Source of the DNA: Myxococcota bacterium
GTDB taxonomy: Bacteria; Myxococcota_A; Polyangia; Nannocystales; Nannocystaceae
Assembly (NCBI GenBank): GCA_039028615.1
Contig: JBCCHT010000002.1
Span: 1 to 64,000, forward strand
Direction: 5' to 3'
Length of the DNA stretch: 64,000 bases
Shown here: piece by piece, positions 48,232-58,157 of the stretch
How the letters are laid out: every line of letters begins with the position of its first letter
Position numbering within the stretch: the stretch's first letter is position 1
The notes under the pieces: generated by a model
The model's input: the letters and a program-made list of their open reading frames with translations, nothing else
Told to the model about the DNA's origin: nothing
The model's database searches: none
Position numbers and translations under genes: made by a program

Positions 48232-50376
48232 TTGATCACGCCTTCCCAAGTTGCGGCGTTCGCCAGCTCGACGTTCGTCCGCCCCGCGGTTTCCGCCGCG
48301 ATGCTCGCCCCGCCGGCCGCGGAGGCGCCATTGCCCTATCGAACCGTGGTCGAAAGCGCGCCCGCGGACGAGCCGAACGAGGCCCAGCGCGACCTCGATG
48401 CGCGGACCCCCGGGTTCGCGACCGCGGTCGACCTCGAGGACGAGCCCGGCTCCCGCCCCGGGGACTCGCTGCCCGAGGTCATCGCCCGCACCCCGGGGGC
48501 TACCGTGCGCAGCTTCGGAGGCCTGGGCCAGTTCGGCGCCGTGTCGCTGCGCGGCAGCAGCCCCCAGCAGGTCGCCACCTTTGTCGACGGGGTCCCGCTC
48601 ACCAGCAGCGTGGCCGGGCTGGTGGACCTCGGCTCGATTCCTCTCGATGGGCTCGGACGCGTGGAGATCTATCGCGGCTACGTCCCGGTCGCGTTCGGCG
48701 GGGCGGCGATCGGCGGAGCCATCGATCTGAAGGCGAGTCCGGCGTGGCGTCGTCCGAGGCTCAGCCTGCACGCGGGCTTCGGCTCGTTCGGCACGCGGGA
48801 GAGTCGGGTCTCGTTGCGAGGACCGCTGGGGTCCGAAGAGCGCAGCGCGGGCGCCCTGACGGTGGGCTACGCGGGCTCGACCGGCGGCTTCCCGTTCATC
48901 GACGACGGCGGCACCCCGGATCTCGGCGGCGACGACGGGACGCGACGCCGCACCAACAACGACTACGACCGCGTGGCCGTGCACGGTCGCTTCGACCATC
49001 GCAAAGACTCGTGGCGCTTCGCCGTCCAGCAGCTCGTGCAATACAAGGCGCAGGGCGTGCCGGGTCCGGCCACGGCGCAGACCCGCGACGCACGGCTGGG
49101 CACGCTGGTGGGTCGCTCCGTGTTCTCCGCGCGGCACCACGGCACGGGAGGGCCCGGCGGGCGCCTCGAGTGGCTGACCGGTCTCGGGCTGCTGCATCAG
49201 ATCCATCGCGACCCGCTCGGTGAGCTGGGCGTGGGCACCGACGACCAGCGGGTGCTCGGGATCGATCTGTACCTGTCCCCTCGCCTGCGCCTGCCGTTGT
49301 GGCGCGGGGCCTACCTCGGGCTCGTGGGGGACCACCGCACCGAGCACGTCGACGTCGATCAGCGCGCGCTCACGGCCGGAGTCTCGGGCGATGCCGGCCG
49401 CACGCGCCTGTCTTTCGGCACGGGGGTCGAGCTCGATCAGTTCCTCTTCGACGGCCGGCTGCGCCTGGTGCCCGCGTTTCGCGTGGATGCGCTCGACAGC
49501 CGCTTCGCCGCCCCGACGGGCGAGGGCGAGCAAGAAGACACGGGTCGCGACGTGAAGAATTTCGGCATCGCGCCGCGCGTGGGGGCCCGCGTTCGGCTCT
49601 GGCCCGGCATCGAGCTGCGCGGCAGCGGAGGCCAGTACTTCCGCCCCCCCACCCTCGCCGAGCTGTTCGGCAACCGCGGCTACATCATCGGTGAAGAAGG
49701 CCTTCGACCCGAGCGGGGACAGGCGATCGACGGCGGCCTCGTGGTCGACCGCTCCATCGCCGGACTCGGGGTCTACGCCGCGGTGGCCGGGTTCGCCACG
49801 TGGAGCGAGGACCTCATCCAGTGGGTCAGCGCGGGCGCGGTGGTGCGTCCGGTCAACGTCCGCGGCGCCCGACTACGCGGCGTGGAGAGTGCGCTGGCCC
49901 TGGTCCCGCGGCGACGGCTGCTCACGCTGCACCTGAACTACACCTTCCTCGACACCCGCAACGATGCCGACGACCCGGCCCAGCGCGGCGAGCCCCTGCC
50001 CGGTCGTCCTCGACACGAGCTGTTCGCCCGCGCCACCGCGGGCAAGGGCGGCTTCCTCGGTCGGGTCTGGACCGAGCCCCGCCTCCTCTACACCGTGGAC
50101 GTGGTCACCGGGACCGCGCTCGACTCCGCGGGACGGCTGACCCTGCCCGCCCGCGTGGTGCAGGGCATGGGCGCCGAGCTGTCCCTGGGCCGCCGCGTGC
50201 ACCTGACCTTCGAGGTCCGCAACCTGCTCGACGTCCGCACCACCACGGTGGTCATCCGCGACGTCGACGGGGCTCGGCCGCGCAGCACCGCGTTCCAAGA
50301 TTTCCTGGGCTACCCCCTGCCCGGCCGCAGCCTGTGGAGCTCCGTCCGCATCGACTTCGGAGGGACGACATCATGA
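48232..50376 (+). CDS. btuB: TonB-dependent cobalamin receptor (BtuB-like)
   Basis: Plug motifs SLRGSSPQQV..FVDGVPL, DLGSIP, RVEIYRG; FRPPTLAELF, LRPE, NLLD, YPLPGRS; riboswitch upstream; TTG start uncertain. Confidence 0.85.
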   Translation: MITPSQVAAFASSTFVRPAVSAAMLAPPAAEAPLPYRTVVESAPADEPNEAQRDLDARTPGFATAVDLEDEPGSRPGDSLPEVIARTPGATVRSFGGLGQFGAVSLRGSSPQQVATFVDGVPLTSSVAGLVDLGSIPLDGLGRVEIYRGYVPVAFGGAAIGGAIDLKASPAWRRPRLSLHAGFGSFGTRESRVSLRGPLGSEERSAGALTVGYAGSTGGFPFIDDGGTPDLGGDDGTRRRTNNDYDRVAVHGRFDHRKDSWRFAVQQLVQYKAQGVPGPATAQTRDARLGTLVGRSVFSARHHGTGGPGGRLEWLTGLGLLHQIHRDPLGELGVGTDDQRVLGIDLYLSPRLRLPLWRGAYLGLVGDHRTEHVDVDQRALTAGVSGDAGRTRLSFGTGVELDQFLFDGRLRLVPAFRVDALDSRFAAPTGEGEQEDTGRDVKNFGIAPRVGARVRLWPGIELRGSGGQYFRPPTLAELFGNRGYIIGEEGLRPERGQAIDGGLVVDRSIAGLGVYAAVAGFATWSEDLIQWVSAGAVVRPVNVRGARLRGVESALALVPRRRLLTLHLNYTFLDTRNDADDPAQRGEPLPGRPRHELFARATAGKGGFLGRVWTEPRLLYTVDVVTGTALDSAGRLTLPARVVQGMGAELSLGRRVHLTFEVRNLLDVRTTTVVIRDVDGARPRSTAFQDFLGYPLPGRSLWSSVRIDFGGTTS

Positions 50377-51575
50377 AGACCACGCTGCCCTGGCTGCTCC
50401 TCGCCGTGCTGGGCTGCAGCCCCTCGGACGTCGAGGACCTCGACCCCGACGCCATCCCCCAGACGGATGGTTCCGTGGTCCCCCCGGGCTGGCGAGCCCC
50501 CGCGAGCGCATGCCAGCTCGACCCCCCGGATCCGACGCGGCTCATCCTCACGACCACCGACTTCGCCACCGGGGCGGTCTCGGTGATCGACCTGGACAGC
50601 GGCGTCACCGAGACGGACGTCGCGGTGGGCTCGACCGACGCCATTCCCCACCCGCATGGTGAAACCGTCGTCGTGGTCCATCGCCACCGCATCGATCGCC
50701 TGGACGTGCTCAGCACCGACGATTGGTCGCTTCGAGCCCAGCAGCCCATCACCAGCCCCACGGGGAGCCCCAACCCCCATGGTGTGGCCCACGACGCGAG
50801 CGGGCGGGTCTACGTCACCACCTTCGCGGAGCCGGAGCTGCGCATCCTCGACGTCGGTGCTCCCCCGGCCGACGCGGAACAGGGCCGCATCGATCTGTCC
50901 GCGTTCGACGAGCGCGACGGCAACCCCGAGTCGAGCCTCATCGTCGCCTGCGGCCGCCTCATGATGGTGTTCGCCCAGCGGCTCGATGTCGGCTTCCGCC
51001 CTGTGGACACGGGGGCGCTGATCGTCGTCGACTCCGATGCGGGCGAGGCCCTCGATCTCGACCCCGCCACCGAAGAACCCGAGCCGCTCCCGCTGCTGGG
51101 CGGATGGGTGCGGCAGCTTCGCGTCGATCCCATGGACGCGAAGCGGCAGACGCTGCTCGGCCTGAGCACGGGCATCGAGCGCATCGAGCTTTCCACGGGC
51201 ATTCGACGCTGGGCGCTGCCCCCCGAGGCCATGGCCGAGGCGGGCATCGGCGATCGCCTGCAGCCGCAGGCGTTCGACGTCGACGCGTCGGGCACCGTGG
51301 CCTACCTCGCCGCCTACGACCCCGATTTTTCCCAAATCCGGCTGTACCGCGCCGGACTCGACGGGGCCGAGCCCCGCGCCCCCGAACCGTTCAGCGACGG
51401 CTATGACTCGGTCGAGCGCACCCTCGAAGTGGTGGGCGACCGGTTGTGGTACGGCAGCACTCGACGAGGTGAACCCGGCCTATGGCTCTTCGATCTCAAC
51501 GCCGACCCTCCGGCGGTCCTCGCCGGCCCCGTGCCCACCGGGCTTCCTCCCTACAGCATGGCGGCGATGCAATGA
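50373..51575 (+). CDS. Beta-propeller lipoprotein in the B12 operon (BtuG/YncE-like)
   Basis: Lipobox VLGC; TTDFATGAVSVIDL, SPNPHGVA, RIDLSAF...GNPE, TGLPPYSM propeller-like blades; ATGA-coupled to btuB. Confidence 0.7.
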   Translation: MKTTLPWLLLAVLGCSPSDVEDLDPDAIPQTDGSVVPPGWRAPASACQLDPPDPTRLILTTTDFATGAVSVIDLDSGVTETDVAVGSTDAIPHPHGETVVVVHRHRIDRLDVLSTDDWSLRAQQPITSPTGSPNPHGVAHDASGRVYVTTFAEPELRILDVGAPPADAEQGRIDLSAFDERDGNPESSLIVACGRLMMVFAQRLDVGFRPVDTGALIVVDSDAGEALDLDPATEEPEPLPLLGGWVRQLRVDPMDAKRQTLLGLSTGIERIELSTGIRRWALPPEAMAEAGIGDRLQPQAFDVDASGTVAYLAAYDPDFSQIRLYRAGLDGAEPRAPEPFSDGYDSVERTLEVVGDRLWYGSTRRGEPGLWLFDLNADPPAVLAGPVPTGLPPYSMAAMQ

Positions 51576-52300
51576 AGCGACGAACTTGGCTGCTCGTGGG
51601 GCTCTTGGCCGGCTTCGGTTGTGGCGATCCCGCGACCGAAGACGACGAAGGTCTCGACGGTGGCGCGGAGCTCGGTCCCGACTACGCGGCGATCGAGGGC
51701 AACTGCGAGGCCGATCCCGGTCGCCCCGCCGACCCCTTCATCGACTGCATCGAGGACTTCTCGCCCTCGGCCGACGCCGCGTTCGGTCACTCTCAGCTCC
51801 CCGGCATCATCGAGGGCCCCCCGATGGGCGCAGGGGAGATGGCCGGAGGCATGGACGTCATCTCGCTCGGCTGCGGCGGCTCGATCACCCTGGCCTTCGA
51901 CGAACCCATGCCCACCGACGGCCCCGGGCCCGACTTCATCGTGTTCGAAAACCCCTTCGTGAGCGGCTCGACCACCTTCGTCGAGCCCGCCCAGGTCTTC
52001 GTCAGTGACGACGGGGAGCACTGGCGTTCGTTCCCGTGTGAGCTGGATGGCCAAGAGGGCGACGCGACCGGCTGTGCGGGCCTGAGCCCGGTGCTGGCCG
52101 CCGATGCCACCACCGCCACCAACCCGGACACGGCGGGCGGCGATGCCTTCGACCTGGCCGACGTGGGCCTGACCCGCGCTCGCTACATTCGCCTCGTCGA
52201 TCGCAGCGAAGAGCACTACGGCTCGCAGATCTGGTGCGCCGCGGTGCCGGGCGGCTTCGACCTCGACGCCATCGCCGTCGTGGAGGGCACCGCACGATGA
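51572..52300 (+). CDS. Surface lipoprotein in the B12 operon (BtuH-like domain suspected)
   Basis: Lipobox GFGC; ISLGCGGSITLAFD, DGPGPDFIVFENPF, EPAQVFVSDDG, GGDAFDLADVG, GFDLDAI. Confidence 0.7.
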   Translation: MKRRTWLLVGLLAGFGCGDPATEDDEGLDGGAELGPDYAAIEGNCEADPGRPADPFIDCIEDFSPSADAAFGHSQLPGIIEGPPMGAGEMAGGMDVISLGCGGSITLAFDEPMPTDGPGPDFIVFENPFVSGSTTFVEPAQVFVSDDGEHWRSFPCELDGQEGDATGCAGLSPVLAADATTATNPDTAGGDAFDLADVGLTRARYIRLVDRSEEHYGSQIWCAAVPGGFDLDAIAVVEGTAR

Positions 52301-53175
52301 CCGCCTGGAGTCGTCGCCGCGCCCTCGCGGCCCTCGGCCTGAGTCCGCTGTGGGCCAGCCCGCTCGCGTGCGGCCGGTCGAACGAGCGCCGAGCCGAGCC
52401 AGGCCGTCGCATCGCCTCGCAGACCGTCCTGAGCGACGAGGTCCTGTGGGACCTCGGCCATACCGTGCGCCAGATCGTCGTGGCCGTCAGTCCCATGGCC
52501 GACGACACGCGCTACTGCCGGGTCGCGAACCTATGGCCCCAGGACATTCCGCGGGTCAGCGGCAGCAGCGAGGCGCTCATCGCCACCGCGCCCGATCTGG
52601 TGATCCTCGCCAGCTTCACCGCGACCGAGACCCGCACCATGGTCGAGCGCGCGGGGCTGAAGACGCTGGTGCTCGATCGCTTCGATGGCTTCGACGACTA
52701 CCGCGACAACGTGCAGCGCATCGCCGACGCGGTCGGGGCCTCGGACGAAGGCAAGACACTCGTCGCCCAGTTCGACGAACGACTCGCCACGCTGTCCACC
52801 GATCCGCCGAAGCGCCCGCAGGTGGTCAGCTGGACCGAGGGCAGCGTGCCCGGGGCCAACACCTCGTTCCACGACATCGCCGTCGCGGCCGGCTTCGAGA
52901 ACCTGCCCGCCGTCCAGGGCAAGTCGGGACACCTGCAGGTGAGCGTCGAGGAGCTGGTCACCTGGGATCCCGAAGTGCTGGTGGTCCCCTGCGGCGTGGA
53001 CGACTGTGACGCGGTCGCGGCCGAGGTCCGGGGCCGAGCCGGCCTGCGCGCGACCCGAGCCGCCCGCAACGGTCGCGTGGTCGCCATTCCCTCGCGAGAC
53101 CTCTACAGCGTCGGCGCGGGTATGCTCGACGCGGTGAAGCGCCTGCGCGAACAGGGAGCCGGGTCCACGCCGTGA
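52297..53175 (+). CDS. btuF: Cobalamin ABC transporter substrate-binding lipoprotein (BtuF-like, Tat-type signal)
   Basis: SRRRALAAL...LAC; RIASQTVLSDEVLWDLG; EALIATAPDLVI; SVEELVTWDPEV; AARNGRV. Confidence 0.8.
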   Translation: MTAWSRRRALAALGLSPLWASPLACGRSNERRAEPGRRIASQTVLSDEVLWDLGHTVRQIVVAVSPMADDTRYCRVANLWPQDIPRVSGSSEALIATAPDLVILASFTATETRTMVERAGLKTLVLDRFDGFDDYRDNVQRIADAVGASDEGKTLVAQFDERLATLSTDPPKRPQVVSWTEGSVPGANTSFHDIAVAAGFENLPAVQGKSGHLQVSVEELVTWDPEVLVVPCGVDDCDAVAAEVRGRAGLRATRAARNGRVVAIPSRDLYSVGAGMLDAVKRLREQGAGSTP

Positions 53176-54176
53176 GGCCCTCGGTGGGATGGCTGGTCGC
53201 GGTGCTCGTCACCGTGGGCCTGCTGCTGGTCGCCATGACCACGGGCCCGGGCGACGTCGGCCTCCCCGACGTCTTCGCTGTGCTCGCCCACCACCTCGGC
53301 TTCGGAACCTCCGCCTCGGCGCCCATCCTCGACGCGCTGATCTGGGACCTACGGCTGCCGCGGTCGCTGCTCGCCGCGCTGCTCGGCGCCGCGCTGGGCT
53401 TCGCGGGCGCCATCACCCAGGGCCTGTTCCGCAACCCCATGGCCGAGCCGGGCGTGCTGGGCGTGAGCGCGGGCGCGGCCACCCTCGCCGTGCTGGGCTT
53501 CACCCTCGGGCTCGATACGGGCAACACCTTCGCGGTGCCCGTGCTCGCGGCGATGGGCGCGGGCGCGGTGCTGCTCATCCTGCTCGCGCTCAGCCGCGAA
53601 GGCGAGACCACCTCCCTGCTGCTCTCGGGCATCGCCCTGGGAGCCATGTGCGGGGCGCTGACCACCTTGATGCTCGCCGTCGACACCAGCCGCTGGGACC
53701 TGGGGATCAAGGTCGTGCGCTGGCTGATGGGCAGCTTCGAGGGCCGCAGCTGGGGGCACCTGCAAGGGGCGCTGTTGCCCCTGGCCGCCGGGTTTGCCGT
53801 GGGGGCGTGGCTCCGCCTCGATCTCGACGCGCTCCAGCTCGGCCAAGACACCGCCGCCTCGCTCGGGGTCGACCTGGTGCGGACGCAACGCTTGGCCTTG
53901 TTCGCGGTCGCGTTGCTGGTCGGGGCCGCCACCGCCTTGTCCGGGGTCATCGGCTTCATCGGGCTGGTCGTCCCCCACGTCGCCCGCATGCTGGGGGGTG
54001 CCAGCCATGCCCGGTTGTTGCCCTTGTCCGCGCTGGGCGGCGCGCTGGCCTTGCTCGTCATCGACATCGTCGCGCGCTCGATCCAGGGCTTCGTGCTGCC
54101 CCCGGGGACGATCACCGCGCTGGTCGGTGCGCCGTTCTTCTTGTGGCTGCTTCGGCGTCAGGACGGTCAGCCATGA
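53172..54176 (+). CDS. btuC: Cobalamin ABC transporter permease (FecCD/BtuC)
   Basis: LRLPR, QGLFRNPMAEPGVLGVSAGA, WLMGSF, AASLGV, GVIGFIGLVVPH, GAPFFL. Confidence 0.88.
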   Translation: MRPSVGWLVAVLVTVGLLLVAMTTGPGDVGLPDVFAVLAHHLGFGTSASAPILDALIWDLRLPRSLLAALLGAALGFAGAITQGLFRNPMAEPGVLGVSAGAATLAVLGFTLGLDTGNTFAVPVLAAMGAGAVLLILLALSREGETTSLLLSGIALGAMCGALTTLMLAVDTSRWDLGIKVVRWLMGSFEGRSWGHLQGALLPLAAGFAVGAWLRLDLDALQLGQDTAASLGVDLVRTQRLALFAVALLVGAATALSGVIGFIGLVVPHVARMLGGASHARLLPLSALGGALALLVIDIVARSIQGFVLPPGTITALVGAPFFLWLLRRQDGQP

Positions 54177-54988
54177 GCTTGCAGACCAACGGCCTGGGCG
54201 CGCACGTCGGAGGGCCTCCCGCGCGCTGGCTCTTTCGCGAGCTGCAGCTGAGCATCGAGCCGGGGCAAGTCTGGGCGCTGGTGGGCCCCAACGGCAGCGG
54301 CAAGAGCACCCTGCTGCGTTGCCTGGCCGGCCTGCGGTCGCCCGCCGAAGGCACCATCTCGCTGCAGGGGCAGGCGCTCGAGCAAATGAGTCGCCGCGAC
54401 CGGGCGCAAAAACTCGCCTACCTGCCCCAGCTGACGCCGCTGTACCACGACCTGCCCGTGCGACGGCTCGTGATGCTCGGCCGTGCGCCCCACCTGTCGC
54501 GCTGGCGCGGCCCCACCCGCGACGACGCCACGCAGGTCGACGAAGCCCTGCGCCGCGTCGAGGCCCACGACCTCGCCGACCGTCGCATCTCGACCCTCAG
54601 CGGCGGCGAGCGACAGCGGGTGATGCTCGCCCGACTGTTGGCCACCGGGGCCCGCGTGCTGCTGCTCGACGAGCCGACCACCGCCCTCGACATCGGCCAC
54701 GCCCTGCGCTTTCTCGCGTTGTGCCGCAACCTCGCCGCCGAGGGCACCGCGATCGTGCTCGCGATGCACGAGCTCGAGCTCGCCCGACGCTATGCCGACC
54801 AAGCCGTGTGCCTGGGGCTGTCCCCCTCCCCCGCGCATCGACTCGGCCCCGCCCCGCAGGTGCTCGGCCCCGAGGTCCTCGGTCCCCTCTTCGACGTCCA
54901 GGTGCGCGAGCACCCCGACGGCCTATCGTTCTACACGCCCGATCAGCGACAGACGGACCGGGGCATCGGGTCGTCGGGCGACACGTAG
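54173..54988 (+). CDS. btuD: Cobalamin ABC transporter ATPase (BtuD-like)
   Basis: GPNGSGKST, YLPQ, LSGGERQRV, LLLDEPT, H-loop MHEL. Confidence 0.88.
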   Translation: MSLQTNGLGAHVGGPPARWLFRELQLSIEPGQVWALVGPNGSGKSTLLRCLAGLRSPAEGTISLQGQALEQMSRRDRAQKLAYLPQLTPLYHDLPVRRLVMLGRAPHLSRWRGPTRDDATQVDEALRRVEAHDLADRRISTLSGGERQRVMLARLLATGARVLLLDEPTTALDIGHALRFLALCRNLAAEGTAIVLAMHELELARRYADQAVCLGLSPSPAHRLGPAPQVLGPEVLGPLFDVQVREHPDGLSFYTPDQRQTDRGIGSSGDT

Positions 54989-55917
54989 ACGTCCTGGCAG
55001 TAGGGGCCGGGGCTGTCGGGGTTGTCGACCTCGAAGCAACAGGCGATTCCCGAGCCGGGCAGCGGGCAATCTTCGCCCTTCTTGCGGCAGCAAAGCTGCT
55101 CGATGTCGGTGCGCTCCTCGAAGCCGCGACACCCCGGAGAGCACCCCACGATGGGCCGTAGGCCATCCTCGGGGTTGTCGTAGCACACCGACTTGGGCAG
55201 AGCCTCCAGCACCCGAGCGTCGTTGAAGACCCCACCATCGCACCACTCGGGCAAGCTCTCGTTGTTCCGATCGTCGAGCGACACCGCGCCGTCGAGCACC
55301 CCGTTGCCGCAGAAGTTGCAGGCCTCCCGGTTGTAGCGGCAGTCCTCGAGGCAGCGGCTATACGAGCCCCCGGCGTAGGTCCGGCCCGTGTTGCCCAGCG
55401 GAGGCAGGTCGACGCAGTTGCGCACCACCGACAAGTCATCGATGTCGTTGGGGTCGCACTCCTCGCCCTCGTCGCGATCACCGTTGCCACAGGCCGCACA
55501 GCGCGAGTCATCGAGCACGCAGTCGCTGCACTGCATGAACCCGACCCCCGAGGGACACACCGCCCCGCCGATGTCGTTGCCCTCGCACTCCTCGTCCGCC
55601 TGCGGATCGATGAAGCCGTCTCCGCACACCGCACAGTCCGCGAGCGTGACCGGCGTGCTGACGAAGCGGCACGTGGTGGGGTCGCAGGCGGCATGGCCCT
55701 CCGGGCGACCGAGGTTGCGACACGGCTCGTTCAGCGAGTCGGAGTTCGCCGGATCACAGTCCTCGTTGACGTCGACATAGCCGTCGCCACACGCGATGTC
55801 GTCGTCGAGCTGGAGGAAACACGACACGTTCGAGGCCACCATCGCTGCCGCCAGCACCAGCAGCCAGGGTGCCACCCGCAGGCCCAACCATGGGCCGCGA
55901 TGTTTCGCGGCGCGCAT
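54943..55917 (-). CDS. Cys-rich repeat exported lipoprotein
   Basis: Signal peptide ending NVSC; four CG(D/N)G...E.C(D/E) repeats; 3' end overlaps btuD by 46 bp. Confidence 0.72.
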   Translation of the reverse strand: MRAAKHRGPWLGLRVAPWLLVLAAAMVASNVSCFLQLDDDIACGDGYVDVNEDCDPANSDSLNEPCRNLGRPEGHAACDPTTCRFVSTPVTLADCAVCGDGFIDPQADEECEGNDIGGAVCPSGVGFMQCSDCVLDDSRCAACGNGDRDEGEECDPNDIDDLSVVRNCVDLPPLGNTGRTYAGGSYSRCLEDCRYNREACNFCGNGVLDGAVSLDDRNNESLPEWCDGGVFNDARVLEALPKSVCYDNPEDGLRPIVGCSPGCRGFEERTDIEQLCCRKKGEDCPLPGSGIACCFEVDNPDSPGPYCQDVYVSPDDPMPRSVCR

Positions 55918-55985
55918 GGCTGGCGTGTTCGGCATCCGCCACAGAGTAGCGCAGTCGGCCTGCGCGACCGCCCGGGCGCCGCCGC

Positions 55986-58133
55986 TCAGTCCTCTTCCGG
56001 GGTCGGATCCGGGCTCTCGACCACCTGCACGCCCAGGTGCCCCCGCGCCAGCAACGAGTCGCCGCTGTTCGCATCGATCACCCAGCCGCCGTCATGCGCC
56101 GCTATCGCCAAGCGCTTGCCATCACTGGACCAGTCGAGATCGTCGAAGCCGGTCACGCCGCGGCTCCACACCTGCTCGCCGCTGCGACTGTCGTAGAGGC
56201 TGACGGCGAAGCGGTCGAGGAAATCGGCCCGGCTGAACTCGATGAACACGTCGGAGCGATGCACCAGCTGCACCACCGCCACGCGTTCTCCGGCGGGATC
56301 GGGCACCACCGAGCGCAGAAAGCCACCGCGGAGGTCGAAGCGAAGCGGCTCGCCCGTCCCGGCCACGTGCACCACGGGCGCGCTTCGATCGCTGGCGACG
56401 AAGGTCCGCGAGTCGCCCAGCTCGAACAGCGCCTCCACGTCCCGCCCTCGGACCTCGGTCAGGCCCAAGCGCTCGAGGATGACCTGGCTGTCTCGCGTGT
56501 GGCTGCCCAGCTCGGGCCACTGTCCGCGCTGCTGCGAAGGGATGGTGGTCGTGGCCCCGAAGCCGCCGTGGGTGACCTCGACGACCTGAAACTCGGACGC
56601 GGAAGAGTCCCCGATAATGGCCAGGCGACCGCCCTCGAACCCGTCCCGACGGAAGTCGGCCGCCACCAGCTCGCCGTTGCGGAACGTGTCGTTGGTCGAG
56701 ATCACCTGACCATCATCGAGGCCGACGATCGAGAGTCCTCCGTCGGAGCCCAGGGCGAAGATGCGGTCGTCGCCGAGGAACGCCAGCTCTCGCGGGCTGG
56801 GAATCTCCCGCGGCAAGACCCGCGCCTCTCCGCTGCCGACGGACTCGACCGCCACCGTGCCCCGAGACGTGCCCCATGCCACCCGCGTGCCGTGCTCGTC
56901 GAGCGCGACCGTGGTGGGGAGCATGCGCTCACACTGGATCTCGACGAAGTTGGGCTCGTCGAGCGGGTCGAGGATCAACGACTCGGGGGTGGGCACCGCC
57001 CGCAGCCCGGAGACCACCGTGGATTGACTACGCAGGGTCCGAGTCGACGCGGCCAGGCCGACCTCGCGCAGCGGCACCGGGGTCACGTCCTCGATCTCCT
57101 TGCGATCGGTCGAGCCCTCCCATTCGATGGCCGTGCTGCGCTCGAGCCAGAACCCGCGCCCCGTGCCGCTGTCGACCAACAGGCGCTCGTCGTCGACCCA
57201 GTGCATCCGGGGCAGACGCTTGTTGTCGAGCTCCCCCACCAGCAGCGTGCGGGCGTCGGTCTCGAGGTCGATGAACTCCACCGAGAAGCGACCGTCGCGG
57301 GTCCGAGGCTTGCGAAGCGCCGCCAGGGTGCGCCCATCGGGAGACAGGCTCATGTCGTTGCGGTTGGGCCCACGATCGATGACCACGGTGCGCGCGTCCC
57401 CGACGATGGCCAAGCGGTCGTCGCGAAGCTCGATGGGCTGCACCCGAGTGGGTCCCGCCAGCACGGCCATGATCGACGGGTCCTGACCCGGCAGCGCCGA
57501 GACCCGCAGCTGCCAGGGCACGAAGCTGGCCTGATCGATGGTGGAGACGACCCCACCGGTTCGATCGAGCAACGTGATGGAGTGGTCTCGCGCCAGCGTC
57601 AGCACCCGAGTGCCGCCGTCGATGACGTACAGCTCGAAGTGTGGCTGGGTCGCCGGGAGCTCGAACAGCTCCGTCATGCGGGCGCCCTTGGTCTGCTCGT
57701 CGACCTCGACGCGCGCCACCCGAACTCCGCCTGCCGTGTCGATGAAGCCGACCACGAACCCACCGTCGTCGGCGCGCGCCAGCGACATCCATGCCGGCTC
57801 TTGCACGGGCAACGCCAGCGGCGTGCCGACGTCGGCCGACCGAAGCTTCGGCCACAACCGGACGGTTCCTTCGGTATCGAGGGTCAGCGCCGCCTCGGCC
57901 CGATGGTCGAGTACGATCTCGGTCATGTCCGCGCCGTGCAGGCTCCGCGCGAGCTGCAGGACGTCGTCCTGCAGCTCTTGTTCGGGTGCGACCGGAGCCG
58001 CCGTCACTTCGGCGGGAGGTTGGGAAGGCTTGGCGGGGTCGCCTGCTTCGGTGCTTCGGTTGGCACAGGCCGAGCTGGCCAGCAGAGCCAGGCCGATGGT
58101 GAGCGCGCTGCGAGAGAGATGGTTCGTGTTCAT
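55986..58133 (-). CDS. WD40/beta-propeller lipoprotein
   Basis: Lipobox SSAC; LTLDTEGTVRLW, SLSPDGRTLA, VALDEHGTRVAWG, LDWSSDGKRLAI repeats; GAGGAG RBS. Confidence 0.75.
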   Translation of the reverse strand: MNTNHLSRSALTIGLALLASSACANRSTEAGDPAKPSQPPAEVTAAPVAPEQELQDDVLQLARSLHGADMTEIVLDHRAEAALTLDTEGTVRLWPKLRSADVGTPLALPVQEPAWMSLARADDGGFVVGFIDTAGGVRVARVEVDEQTKGARMTELFELPATQPHFELYVIDGGTRVLTLARDHSITLLDRTGGVVSTIDQASFVPWQLRVSALPGQDPSIMAVLAGPTRVQPIELRDDRLAIVGDARTVVIDRGPNRNDMSLSPDGRTLAALRKPRTRDGRFSVEFIDLETDARTLLVGELDNKRLPRMHWVDDERLLVDSGTGRGFWLERSTAIEWEGSTDRKEIEDVTPVPLREVGLAASTRTLRSQSTVVSGLRAVPTPESLILDPLDEPNFVEIQCERMLPTTVALDEHGTRVAWGTSRGTVAVESVGSGEARVLPREIPSPRELAFLGDDRIFALGSDGGLSIVGLDDGQVISTNDTFRNGELVAADFRRDGFEGGRLAIIGDSSASEFQVVEVTHGGFGATTTIPSQQRGQWPELGSHTRDSQVILERLGLTEVRGRDVEALFELGDSRTFVASDRSAPVVHVAGTGEPLRFDLRGGFLRSVVPDPAGERVAVVQLVHRSDVFIEFSRADFLDRFAVSLYDSRSGEQVWSRGVTGFDDLDWSSDGKRLAIAAHDGGWVIDANSGDSLLARGHLGVQVVESPDPTPEED

Positions 58134-58157
58134 GGCGGTGCTCCTCGGTTCGGCGGC

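Noticed and set aside
54943..54988. 46-bp convergent overlap of btuD and the Cys-rich gene (also 23 bp at 36382-36404) as antisense regulation
   Set aside because: Short 3' overlaps are common in compact high-GC genomes; nothing else supports a regulatory role.
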